NCBI GenBank assembly: GCA_043826565.1
Contig: JBDRPX010000037.1
Span: 5,669-69,668, forward strand
From: Candidatus Omnitrophota bacterium
GTDB taxonomy: Bacteria; Omnitrophota; Gorgyraeia; B26-G9
DNA length: 64,000 bases
Direction: 5' to 3'
This document shows, piece after piece, positions 55,951 through 64,000 of this stretch (positions are counted from its first letter, which is position 1; each line of letters starts with the position of its first letter). The notes below the pieces were generated by a model that saw only the letters and a program-made list of their open reading frames with translations, had not been told where the DNA came from and searched no databases. Position numbers and translations under genes: made by a program.

Positions 55951-58122
55951 ATGGATATATTATTGTTCCCTGTCCCAGTGGTTGCTGTTTTTGCTTTAGT
56001 TCTGGGCATTTTTGTTTTTAAGCATAATACTGCTGCAAGTGTAAATAGAGGGTTTTTAGCTTGCGGGATAGCGGTATTTATATGGCTATTTGTTACGAGC
56101 CTTGGATATATTATTAAGGATCGCTCAATGGCTCTTGTCTTGGGAAAACTGGGATATATTGGTGTCCTGTATATCCCCGCTGTATTTTATCATTTTACTA
56201 TTGGTTTTCTGAAAAAAACTGAAAAGGCAAAGTTTATAGCGGTCATTTATGGCATAAGCTCTATATTTACTTTTTATCTATTCTTAACTTCTTGCTTGGT
56301 TTCAGGGGTAAATGTTTTCCCGTGGGGATATTATATTCGTGCAGGTATTCTCACTCCGGTTTTTCTTCTTTTTTTTGTTTCTTCTTATCTGAGTTGCTTG
56401 ATACTTTTATTGTTGGCGGTAAAAGAAGAAAAAGGGGGTGCTATAGATCAGATTAAAAAGAAATACATTTTTATTGCTTTTTTTATTCCGGTATTTGCTT
56501 GTATAGATTTTATTCCGCAGTTTAATATTTTAGTGTATCCGTTAGGCTATATATTTATTTTCATTTGGCTTTCAGTAGTAGCTTATACAATACTTAAATA
56601 TCAATTTTTGGACATTCGCCTTGTTTTTACACGCACGGCAATTTTAATTATTGTTTACGCTTTAATTATTAGTACTCCGTTTGTTTTTATAGGTTGTTTC
56701 AGAAGCTGGCTGGTAACGGTGTTGAAAGACAAGTGGTTTTACCCGCCGTTATTTTTATATTCGGTATTAGCTTTGCTGGCTCCGTATATTTATTTGCGGC
56801 TGCAGGAAAAAGCCGAGCATAAAAGGATGATGCGGCAGTTGTGGCTGCACCAGTCACTGGCCGCGGCTTCTAAAACCACGATCGAAGTCCAGAGTGTAAA
56901 TAAGTTAGCCAAAGTAATTCCGCGTTATTTATTAAGGCTTTATGCGAAACTGGACAATAAAATTGAGCATATTAGTTTATTTCTTTTAGACAAAAGCAAA
57001 AAAATGTATCAGCTTAGATCTTCCGTAGGCAAGAAAAAATTAGATGCTGATACAGTAATTTGCGCGGACAGTTATCTGGTGGAGTGGTTTACCCGTACCC
57101 GGAATACCCTGATCGAAGCCGGTGTTGTCAGGTTGAAGGAGGTTGCCGTATTAGTTTATGAGGATATTGACTATTTGCTGGGTAAAACTCATCGGGGGAA
57201 TATCCCGGGGGAAGACCTGCGCCATATTTTAGAAAGATTGAAAGGTATTCTTTGGGCATTAGATGCCCGGATTGTTATCCCCTCGGTTTATCAAAACGAG
57301 CTGTTGGGTTTTTTGATCTTAGGTGAAAAAACGCCGGACCTTTATACCTCAAGCGATATCGATACTTTTTCTGTTTTAGCTAATGACAGTGCCATGTCTT
57401 TTAAAGCCGCCGAATTATTTGAGGATTTAAAAATTGCCCAGGCCCGGATGATTCAGTCGGAGAAATTAAGTTTGCTCGGACAGCTGGCTTCTTCAATGGC
57501 GCATGAGATCAATAATCCCTTAGCGATCATTTCCGGGCATACTCAGCTGCTGATCATGGAGGAAAAAGATAAACGAAAACGGGAAACACTGGAAAAAATT
57601 GATGCCCAGACCGCCCGGGGGTATAAGATAATCCGCCGTTTGCTTAATTTTTCGCGTCTGCCTAAAGAAGAAATTAAAGATATTAATATTAATGATCTTA
57701 TTGATGAGACATTGGAACTGGTTGACCATAAGATGATGCATACTAAAATAATCATAAACAAAAAATTCGGAAGCTTAAATATTATCCAGGGTAACCCTAC
57801 TCAAATCCAGGAAGTTTTGCTCAATCTTTTTGTCAATGCCATTCAGGCTATGCCGCAGGGCGGCAGTTTGAGTATTTTTACCGAGCAAGTTGATTGTATG
57901 GTAATCATAGAAGTGCAGGATGCCGGGGAAGGGGTAAAAGAGGAAGATCTGGAAAATGTTTTTGATCCCTTTTATACGAAGGGCAAAGAGAACGGTACCG
58001 GGTTAGGATTATTTGTTGCCGACCAGATAATGAAACTGCATAAAGGAAGTATAGGTTTGAAAAGCACAATAGGTAAAGGTACTACCTTTACTTTGAAATT
58101 CCCGCTTAATTTAGATGGTTGA
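55951..58122 (+). CDS. Multi-TM (HisKA_7TM/MASE-like) sensor histidine kinase with GAF-like region
   Basis: About 9 TM segments; QSEKLSLLGQLASSMAHEINNPL H-box; N, G1, F and G2 boxes. Confidence 0.92.
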   Translation: MDILLFPVPVVAVFALVLGIFVFKHNTAASVNRGFLACGIAVFIWLFVTSLGYIIKDRSMALVLGKLGYIGVLYIPAVFYHFTIGFLKKTEKAKFIAVIYGISSIFTFYLFLTSCLVSGVNVFPWGYYIRAGILTPVFLLFFVSSYLSCLILLLLAVKEEKGGAIDQIKKKYIFIAFFIPVFACIDFIPQFNILVYPLGYIFIFIWLSVVAYTILKYQFLDIRLVFTRTAILIIVYALIISTPFVFIGCFRSWLVTVLKDKWFYPPLFLYSVLALLAPYIYLRLQEKAEHKRMMRQLWLHQSLAAASKTTIEVQSVNKLAKVIPRYLLRLYAKLDNKIEHISLFLLDKSKKMYQLRSSVGKKKLDADTVICADSYLVEWFTRTRNTLIEAGVVRLKEVAVLVYEDIDYLLGKTHRGNIPGEDLRHILERLKGILWALDARIVIPSVYQNELLGFLILGEKTPDLYTSSDIDTFSVLANDSAMSFKAAELFEDLKIAQARMIQSEKLSLLGQLASSMAHEINNPLAIISGHTQLLIMEEKDKRKRETLEKIDAQTARGYKIIRRLLNFSRLPKEEIKDININDLIDETLELVDHKMMHTKIIINKKFGSLNIIQGNPTQIQEVLLNLFVNAIQAMPQGGSLSIFTEQVDCMVIIEVQDAGEGVKEEDLENVFDPFYTKGKENGTGLGLFVADQIMKLHKGSIGLKSTIGKGTTFTLKFPLNLDG

Positions 58123-58218
58123 TAAAAACCAAAAATTGAATATTGATTTCTATTTTCAACTTTCAATGCTAAATGATTTACTATTCATGCATTATCCTTC
58201 CTGTGTTATAATACAATT

Positions 58219-58830
58219 ATGAGAAATGGGTTTACATTATTAGAAGTATTGATTGGGATTACCATATTTGCGATTGTCGCGGCTTCGGTTTATACCAGCC
58301 TGGCCTTAGGGATCAAGGTTTTTAAGCAGGAAGAAGCGCGTGATGAGCTGATGCAGGAAGCCATGGTCACTATCGGAGAAGTGCAAAGGTGCGTGCGCTG
58401 TGCTTTTATTAACCCGGAAAATGAAAATATTAAGTTTTTGGGAACAAAGGACAGTTTAGATTTATTTTCGGTTAATCAGGAAGGCGATGTGGAAAATGTT
58501 TCTTTTTATCTGGAAGCTTCCGATGGAGACCCCGGAGTGAAAGCTCTTTTTCGGGTAACCCGGCCGTATCTACAAAGTGAAAATGAAGAAATCCCGGGTA
58601 ATGTCGAGCTTATCCATGAAGGAATAGAGAAATTTGAATTAAGTTACTTTGACGCGAAAGATCAGAAGTGGTATGAAGAATGGCCCGAGGAATTGACTCT
58701 TCCGTCACAGATCAAGCTGGATATCGGGTTTAAGGCGGCGAACGAAAAACAAAGCGGTATTGAGCTGGCTAAGTATATGAATATCCCCTTGGCCAAAATA
58801 ATAAATTTTTCAGGGCCGGAAAGTGAATAA
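58219..58830 (+). CDS. gspJ: Type II secretion minor pseudopilin GspJ-like
   Basis: Prepilin site GFTLLEV; C-terminal W...LPSQIKL. Confidence 0.8.
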   Translation: MRNGFTLLEVLIGITIFAIVAASVYTSLALGIKVFKQEEARDELMQEAMVTIGEVQRCVRCAFINPENENIKFLGTKDSLDLFSVNQEGDVENVSFYLEASDGDPGVKALFRVTRPYLQSENEEIPGNVELIHEGIEKFELSYFDAKDQKWYEEWPEELTLPSQIKLDIGFKAANEKQSGIELAKYMNIPLAKIINFSGPESE

Positions 58831-59665
58831 AACAATTCAGAATAAAAGCGGGACGATTTTAGTCTTAGTATTGTGGGTGCTGTTCTTTTTGTCGGTAGTG
58901 GTGCTGACTTTAGGATTTAAGAACAGGATAAGCATAAGGCTGCGCAGTTTAAATAATGAGCAATTAAAAATGTTTTATCTGGCGAAAGAAGGCCTTAACC
59001 GCGCGATTATGGAACTTGCCGAAGATAACCCTGATTTTGATGCTTTTATGGATAATTGGAGTAAAGATTTTACTTTACAAAATGAAGAGGGATTGTTATC
59101 TTACAAAGTGATTGATGAAGACAGGCGTGTTAATATCAATACTGTTGAACAGGATATTTTAAATAATATAAAGTTGATCGTGCCTGGTTTTACAGATCAG
59201 GAAAAAGAACTAATTGCCAAGCTTCGCCCCTTTAATGTGGAGCGGGAAATTCTGGCTGCGGCGGGGATTGATGAAGAGGTTTTTTGCGCTGATGAGGCTG
59301 TCGGGGGAGTAGGTTTAAGTGATTTAATTACCGTATATTCTGATGGTAGAATAAACTTAAATACTGCTTCTAAAGAAGTTCTCATGATTTTACCACAGGT
59401 AACGGAAGCTGTGGCCATGTCGATAATCGACCATCGCGCGGGGGCTCCGTTTGAAAGTGAAGAGGCTTTATCTGAAGACTTATCGCTTTTGGGTTTAACT
59501 CCGGCGCAGGTAAGTTCGATTGTAAAATTTACTAAAGTTAGTTCTTCTGTATTTCGGATCAGGGCAACAGCTTCTTCCGGGAATAAGCATATTTCCAAAG
59601 ACTTGGAAATGGTCATCAGCCGTAATAAAGGAAAATTTAATACATTGTTTTTTAAGGAGAATTAG
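58823..59665 (+). CDS. gspK: Type II secretion protein GspK
   Basis: GTILVLVLWVL, DEDRRVNIN, GRINLNTASKEVL, SSVFRIRA. Confidence 0.88.
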   Translation: MNKTIQNKSGTILVLVLWVLFFLSVVVLTLGFKNRISIRLRSLNNEQLKMFYLAKEGLNRAIMELAEDNPDFDAFMDNWSKDFTLQNEEGLLSYKVIDEDRRVNINTVEQDILNNIKLIVPGFTDQEKELIAKLRPFNVEREILAAAGIDEEVFCADEAVGGVGLSDLITVYSDGRINLNTASKEVLMILPQVTEAVAMSIIDHRAGAPFESEEALSEDLSLLGLTPAQVSSIVKFTKVSSSVFRIRATASSGNKHISKDLEMVISRNKGKFNTLFFKEN

Positions 59666-59667
59666 TT

Positions 59668-61023
59668 TTGCTCAAATACATTGCTTACCTTACAAAGAAA
59701 AAATTACGCATAGTTGTGTTTAATGTTTCTCGTGATTTCCGCAGGATCATTAAAGACAAAAGTATTGAATTACCGCAGGAAATAGTCGATCCGTCTCATC
59801 TAAAAGGTATTATTCAAAAAGAAGGTTTAGCAAAATCACGCTTTTTAAGTTGTTTTTTTCGTCATGAAGTAGGTGTAAGATTTTTCTCTTTTCCTTCCCG
59901 TCAGGAGCAGGAAATCGCGAGGATGGTAGATTACGAAGCGGCCGAGCTTCTACCTCTAAAACCGGAAGAGACAATTACCCGGCATTTGGTGTTAAATTCC
60001 CGCCCGGACGGGTATTCTGATACTTTTGTGGTTGTTACCCATAAAGAAGAGGTGGAAAAGCGGGTAAAAATTTTTGAGTCAGCCGGAGCTGAGATCGAGA
60101 GTTTAGGATTAAGCAGTCTGGCGATTTTCGCTTGTGTTAAAAAATTGATCATTGAAAAAAACAAATCTTCGTCAAAAGGGAATTTTCTGATTGTTTATCA
60201 GGAAGATGATGCGGTAGAGGTCATTATTATTAAAAACGAAAATTTAGTATTCAGCCGGGGTTTTTTGATGGAAACCGGCAATGATTTTCATAAAGGGCTT
60301 ATTAGTGAAATACGTCATAGTATTTCCTTGTTTTCCGATACTAAAAAAGAGGATAATTTTGACCGGATTATAATTAGCGGACACGGAGTGAACTTGGACG
60401 AAATAAAGGAAACTCTTAAAGATAAATTTGATGTGCCGATATATATAGAAGAAAAAATTGATATTGCTTATGGTTTGTCACTGGGGAATAAATCAGGGAT
60501 AAATCTCCTAAGCAATGAATTTGTAAATGCCAGAACCAAGAAAAAGCTAAAGAAAAAAATTTTACTAATGCTTTCTCTTCTAACTATAAGTATTATTCTT
60601 TCCGGGGTGCTTTTTATTACTCGTTTGCATAATAAAAAAGCTTATCTGGATAGTTTAAAAGAGCGTATGACGCAATTAAAACCCCAGGCGAAGGAGCTTC
60701 AGAATAAATTGGTTAAAATCCAGATGGTTAAGGTGCAGTTAAATTCGCAGATATTGATTTTAAATGCTATTAGCGATTTGGTAAGAGTGACCTCTTCTTC
60801 CTGCGTTTTAAACATGCTTTCGGTTAATGAAGAAGGGGTTTTGGTACTGCGCGGTCAGGCAGAAAATCTACAGGAAGTCCTGGATTTTGTTTCAAAGCTT
60901 GAAAATTCTCCATATTTTGAAGATAGCCATCTTAACTACTCCAGTCGAAGAAAGATAAGAGATAAAGAGGTCTTGGATTTTGAAATACAGGCAAGATTAA
61001 TGAAAGAGAAAATTAATAATTAA
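59668..61023 (+). CDS. GspL/PilM-PilN-like assembly platform protein
   Basis: Actin-like cytoplasmic region, one TM, PilN-like LRGQA...FVSKLENSPYF. Confidence 0.8.
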   Translation: MLKYIAYLTKKKLRIVVFNVSRDFRRIIKDKSIELPQEIVDPSHLKGIIQKEGLAKSRFLSCFFRHEVGVRFFSFPSRQEQEIARMVDYEAAELLPLKPEETITRHLVLNSRPDGYSDTFVVVTHKEEVEKRVKIFESAGAEIESLGLSSLAIFACVKKLIIEKNKSSSKGNFLIVYQEDDAVEVIIIKNENLVFSRGFLMETGNDFHKGLISEIRHSISLFSDTKKEDNFDRIIISGHGVNLDEIKETLKDKFDVPIYIEEKIDIAYGLSLGNKSGINLLSNEFVNARTKKKLKKKILLMLSLLTISIILSGVLFITRLHNKKAYLDSLKERMTQLKPQAKELQNKLVKIQMVKVQLNSQILILNAISDLVRVTSSSCVLNMLSVNEEGVLVLRGQAENLQEVLDFVSKLENSPYFEDSHLNYSSRRKIRDKEVLDFEIQARLMKEKINN

Positions 61024-61158
61024 AGCCCGTCAATAAAATATCCATAATTTAAACCCATAACCAATAATAATTCAAAAAGATGGAGTCATTCTTCTTTAGA
61101 CTGGAAGATATTTATAATTAAGTAAAATAATAATAGACAATAAAAATTAAAGAATGAC

Positions 61159-61259
61159 CCTGATTACAATGATTAAAAAACTGATTACACCGATTGGATA
61201 ACTTATTTTAATAGTTATATTAAAATCTGTGTAATCTTTTAAAAATCTGTGAAATCAGG
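61159..61259. repeat. Imperfect inverted repeat of GATTACA(C/A)nGATT units
   Basis: CCTGATTACAATGATT..TGATTACACCGATT versus AATCTGTGTAATC..AATCTGTGAAATCAGG. Confidence 0.65.
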
Positions 61260-61295
61260 TTCTTTTATTCAACTTAAACAAGAAAGAACCAAAAG

Positions 61296-61868
61296 ATGCG
61301 AATTACATCAGGAGACTTTAAAGGCAGGACTTTAAAGATCCCTAAATCGAAAAATGTACGGCCGACTAGCGAAAAAGTCCGTCAGGCCATATTTGATGTG
61401 CTCGGTGATTTTGTGCAGGGAAAAGAAGTCCTGGATCTCTTTAGCGGCAGCGGAGCGCTAGGCTGTGAGGCATTAAGCCGTGGGGCGAAAGGGGTTACGT
61501 TTGTTGAAAACAGGAGAGAAAGTGTCCGGATTATTCGTGAAAACCTGGTATCATTGAAGTTAGATAAAAAATGCACCATATTAGCTCAAGATGTGCTTAC
61601 TGTGGGGGGTATTTTAGCCAAAAAAAACAAGAAATTTCAGGTTATTTTAGCGGATCCTCCTTACCGCCAAGACCTGGCAAAAAAATGCTTGCTCGAAATA
61701 GTCAAGTATGATATATTGAACGCGCCAACTATTATTATAATAGAACATTATAAAAAAGATGAGTTGCCCCAACAACTTGGAGACATTGAACTTTGGCAGC
61801 TTAAAAAGTATGGGGACACTTTTGTGTCTTTTTATCAAATGAGGCAATCACTTAGCGGACAAAGTTAA
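61296..61868 (+). CDS. rsmD: 16S rRNA m2G966 methyltransferase
   Basis: MRITSG.FKGR, RPTSEKVR, LDLFSGSGALG.EALSRGA, DPPY. Confidence 0.95.
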   Translation: MRITSGDFKGRTLKIPKSKNVRPTSEKVRQAIFDVLGDFVQGKEVLDLFSGSGALGCEALSRGAKGVTFVENRRESVRIIRENLVSLKLDKKCTILAQDVLTVGGILAKKNKKFQVILADPPYRQDLAKKCLLEIVKYDILNAPTIIIIEHYKKDELPQQLGDIELWQLKKYGDTFVSFYQMRQSLSGQS

Positions 61869-61970
61869 GCTAAGTGATATTACCGAATTTGACCCCGCCA
61901 AGATTTCCGCCAAAAAAAATAGCGGACAGGTATGGCGGGTTAAAGAAGGCAGGACTAGGGAGGGATTATC

Positions 61971-62453
61971 TTGAAAAGGCGTGCGGTATATCCGGGAACA
62001 TTTGATCCGGTGACCTATGGTCATATTGATATAATTAAACGGGCGGCAGCCATTTATGATGAAGTTATTGTTGCTGTTGCTCATAATGCGTCGAAAAAAC
62101 CATTGTTTAACTGGGACGAGCGGGTAGCGATGATTAAAAAGGCAACCTGTAATTTAAAAGGTGTTGTCGTGGATAGGTTTGAATGTCTAATGGTTGATTA
62201 CGTAAGCAGTAAAAATGCTAAAGTAGTTATTCGCGGATTAAGGATGATCTCTGATTTTGAATCTGAATTTCAGATGGCCTTGACCAATAGAAAGCTTAAT
62301 AACAAAATTGAGACTATCTTTATGATGCCGAATGAATCGTATTCTTTTGTTTCCAGTAAGCTTATCAAAGAAGTTGCTCTATTAAGTGCTGATTTGTCAG
62401 CGTTTGTGCCGTTGTTTGTGGAAAAGAAACTTAAAGCAGTGCTAAAGAAATAA
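61971..62453 (+). CDS. coaD: Phosphopantetheine adenylyltransferase
   Basis: YPGTFDPVTYGH, RGLR..SDFE.E, SSKLIKE. Confidence 0.97.
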   Translation: MKRRAVYPGTFDPVTYGHIDIIKRAAAIYDEVIVAVAHNASKKPLFNWDERVAMIKKATCNLKGVVVDRFECLMVDYVSSKNAKVVIRGLRMISDFESEFQMALTNRKLNNKIETIFMMPNESYSFVSSKLIKEVALLSADLSAFVPLFVEKKLKAVLKK

Positions 62454-62465
62454 GGTGGAGAAATA

Positions 62466-63461
62466 ATGGATATTATTAGTCAAATAAGAGAGAAATCAGT
62501 ACAAAAGCAGCGGACAATAGTACTGCCGGAAACAGCAGACAAACGAATTTTAGAAGCAACGAAGATCATCATTGAAAAAAACTATGCGAAAATAATACTT
62601 ATCGGGGCCGAAGAAAACCTTAAAGGTCCGGCAGCGGAAATAGGATTGGATTTATCAAAGGTTACGGTGGTTAATCCTTTAACAAGTCCGGACTTGGAAA
62701 AGTATGCGAGAGAGTTTTATGAGTTAAGAAAACATAAAGGTATCACTGAGGCAGAGGCCAAAGAGCAGATATGTAATTTTGTTTATTTTGGCGCGATGAT
62801 GGTGCGTAACGGGATTGCTGACGGGCTGGTTGCCGGAGCGATTACCACCACGGCCGATGTCGCAAAATCTGCAATTTATTGTATTGGTTTTGGGGAGCAG
62901 GTAAGGACTCTATCAAGCTGTTTTTTGATGAGTATTCCGGATAGTGAGTACGGTGAAAAGGGAACATTCGCTTTTGCCGATTGCGGGATCATTCCTGATC
63001 CCAAACCAGCGCAGTTAGCTAATATCGCGAAGTCCGCAGCAGATTTATTTGAGTTGTTGGTGGGGGTGCAGGCCAGGGTTGCTTTGTTGAGTTTTTCTAC
63101 TATGGGAAGCGCGGAGCATCCGACAATAGAAAAAGTTTTAAGCGCGAAAAAAATAATTGATGAAAAATATCCCGATCTAATTGCCGACGGAGAATTACAG
63201 GTTGATGCGGCAATTGTTCCGGAAATAGCTAAAATGAAAGCTCCGGACAGCAAAGTTGCCGGCCGGGCTAATGTGTTGATTTTTCCAACTCTTAATGCGG
63301 GAAATATCTCATATAAATTAGTGCAGCGTTTAGCCAAGGCTCAGGTTGTCGGGCCGATGCTGATTGGTTTTAAGAAGCCTTGCTGTGATCTATCCCGGGG
63401 CTGTACTATAGATGAGATTATTAATGCCGTGTGTTCAACAGCGATAAGAGTAACTGACTAA
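62466..63461 (+). CDS. pta: Phosphate acetyltransferase
   Basis: IVLPE, FADCG, ALLSFST.GS, DGELQVDAA, GNISYKLVQR, DLSRG. Confidence 0.96.
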   Translation: MDIISQIREKSVQKQRTIVLPETADKRILEATKIIIEKNYAKIILIGAEENLKGPAAEIGLDLSKVTVVNPLTSPDLEKYAREFYELRKHKGITEAEAKEQICNFVYFGAMMVRNGIADGLVAGAITTTADVAKSAIYCIGFGEQVRTLSSCFLMSIPDSEYGEKGTFAFADCGIIPDPKPAQLANIAKSAADLFELLVGVQARVALLSFSTMGSAEHPTIEKVLSAKKIIDEKYPDLIADGELQVDAAIVPEIAKMKAPDSKVAGRANVLIFPTLNAGNISYKLVQRLAKAQVVGPMLIGFKKPCCDLSRGCTIDEIINAVCSTAIRVTD

Positions 63462-63660
63462 AAAAGTAGAGAGTTCTTTGAAATTACAATATTCAATAAA
63501 CAAATTACAACCAATAGACAATTAAAAAAATAATATGCAATTTTAGTTTTTATAATTTGAGGTATCGTTTTATCTTTGTTGATTTGTATATTGGGATTTA
63601 TTTGTAATTTGGATTTTGTTTATTGTAATTTGCGAAAATACAAATTAATTTAAGGATAGA

Positions 63661-64000
63661 ATGAATATATTAATTATAAATTGCGGTAGTTCTTCGATAA
63701 AATATCAGCTTTTTTGCATGGAAACAAAATGCCCCCTGTTAAACGGGATAGTGGAAAAAGTCGGAGAAAGTAATGCTTATATAGAGCATCATAAAGATGG
63801 GCAGGAATATAAATCAAAAATTAAGGATTGCACGTATTTTACCGCGGTAAATAAAATTGCCGAATTGCTTGTCGATGAGACCTGGGGCGCGATGAAACAT
63901 GAAGACCAAATCGGGGCGATCGGACACCGGGTTGTGCACGGAGGTGAGGAGTTTACCTCTTCGGTTGTTATTGATAACCATGTAATGAAGAGAATTAAGT
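63661..64000 (+). CDS. ackA: Acetate kinase (5' part, truncated by window end)
   Basis: MNILIINCGSSSIKYQL...IGHRVVHGG; follows pta. Confidence 0.95.
   Translation, partial: MNILIINCGSSSIKYQLFCMETKCPLLNGIVEKVGESNAYIEHHKDGQEYKSKIKDCTYFTAVNKIAELLVDETWGAMKHEDQIGAIGHRVVHGGEEFTSSVVIDNHVMKRIK

Noticed and set aside
404-63337. Numerous short antisense or alternate-frame ORFs in the track
   Set aside because: They lie within well-supported genes, lack motifs and RBS, and are best explained as shadow ORFs.
1-64000. rRNA, tRNA, prophage or transposase genes
   Set aside because: None recognisable in the sequence or ORF track.

Overview
Bacterial chromosomal window, AT-rich, standard code, almost entirely + strand. 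Gene content and style suggest a diderm PVC-group organism, possibly Omnitrophota; this is inference only. In order it contains: a trehalose/glycogen cluster; a c-di-GMP-I riboswitch with an unannotated 50-aa membrane ORF; a tandem array of five large hypothetical genes; hflX; CIRCE-hrcA-grpE-dnaK-dnaJ; housekeeping genes; a candidate ncRNA; a sixth, orphan member of the array family; uvrA; a TPR/beta-barrel/ExbB-ExbD-TonB module interrupted by a four-helix-bundle gene; a PhcB-like methyltransferase/FAD oxidoreductase/sensor kinase island; gspJ-K-L; and rsmD-coaD-pta-ackA (partial). The main discovery candidate is a family of six proteins sharing a signal peptide, a post-signal L-[STA]-P-x-h-x-h motif and a C-terminal h-E-[QN]-A-[IV]-stop tag. 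Between these conserved ends are largely unrelated, shuffled cargo domains (GNAT-like, SAM methyltransferase, EarP-like glycosyltransferase, amidoligase-like, HhH) that need cytoplasmic cofactors. The array genes are joined by near-identical junction repeats. This looks like an undescribed cassette-type secreted effector system. Intergenic DNA is rich in inverted heptamer-repeat cassettes, REP/MITE-like palindromes and apparent leaderless promoters. All family assignments come from motif recognition, not database searches.
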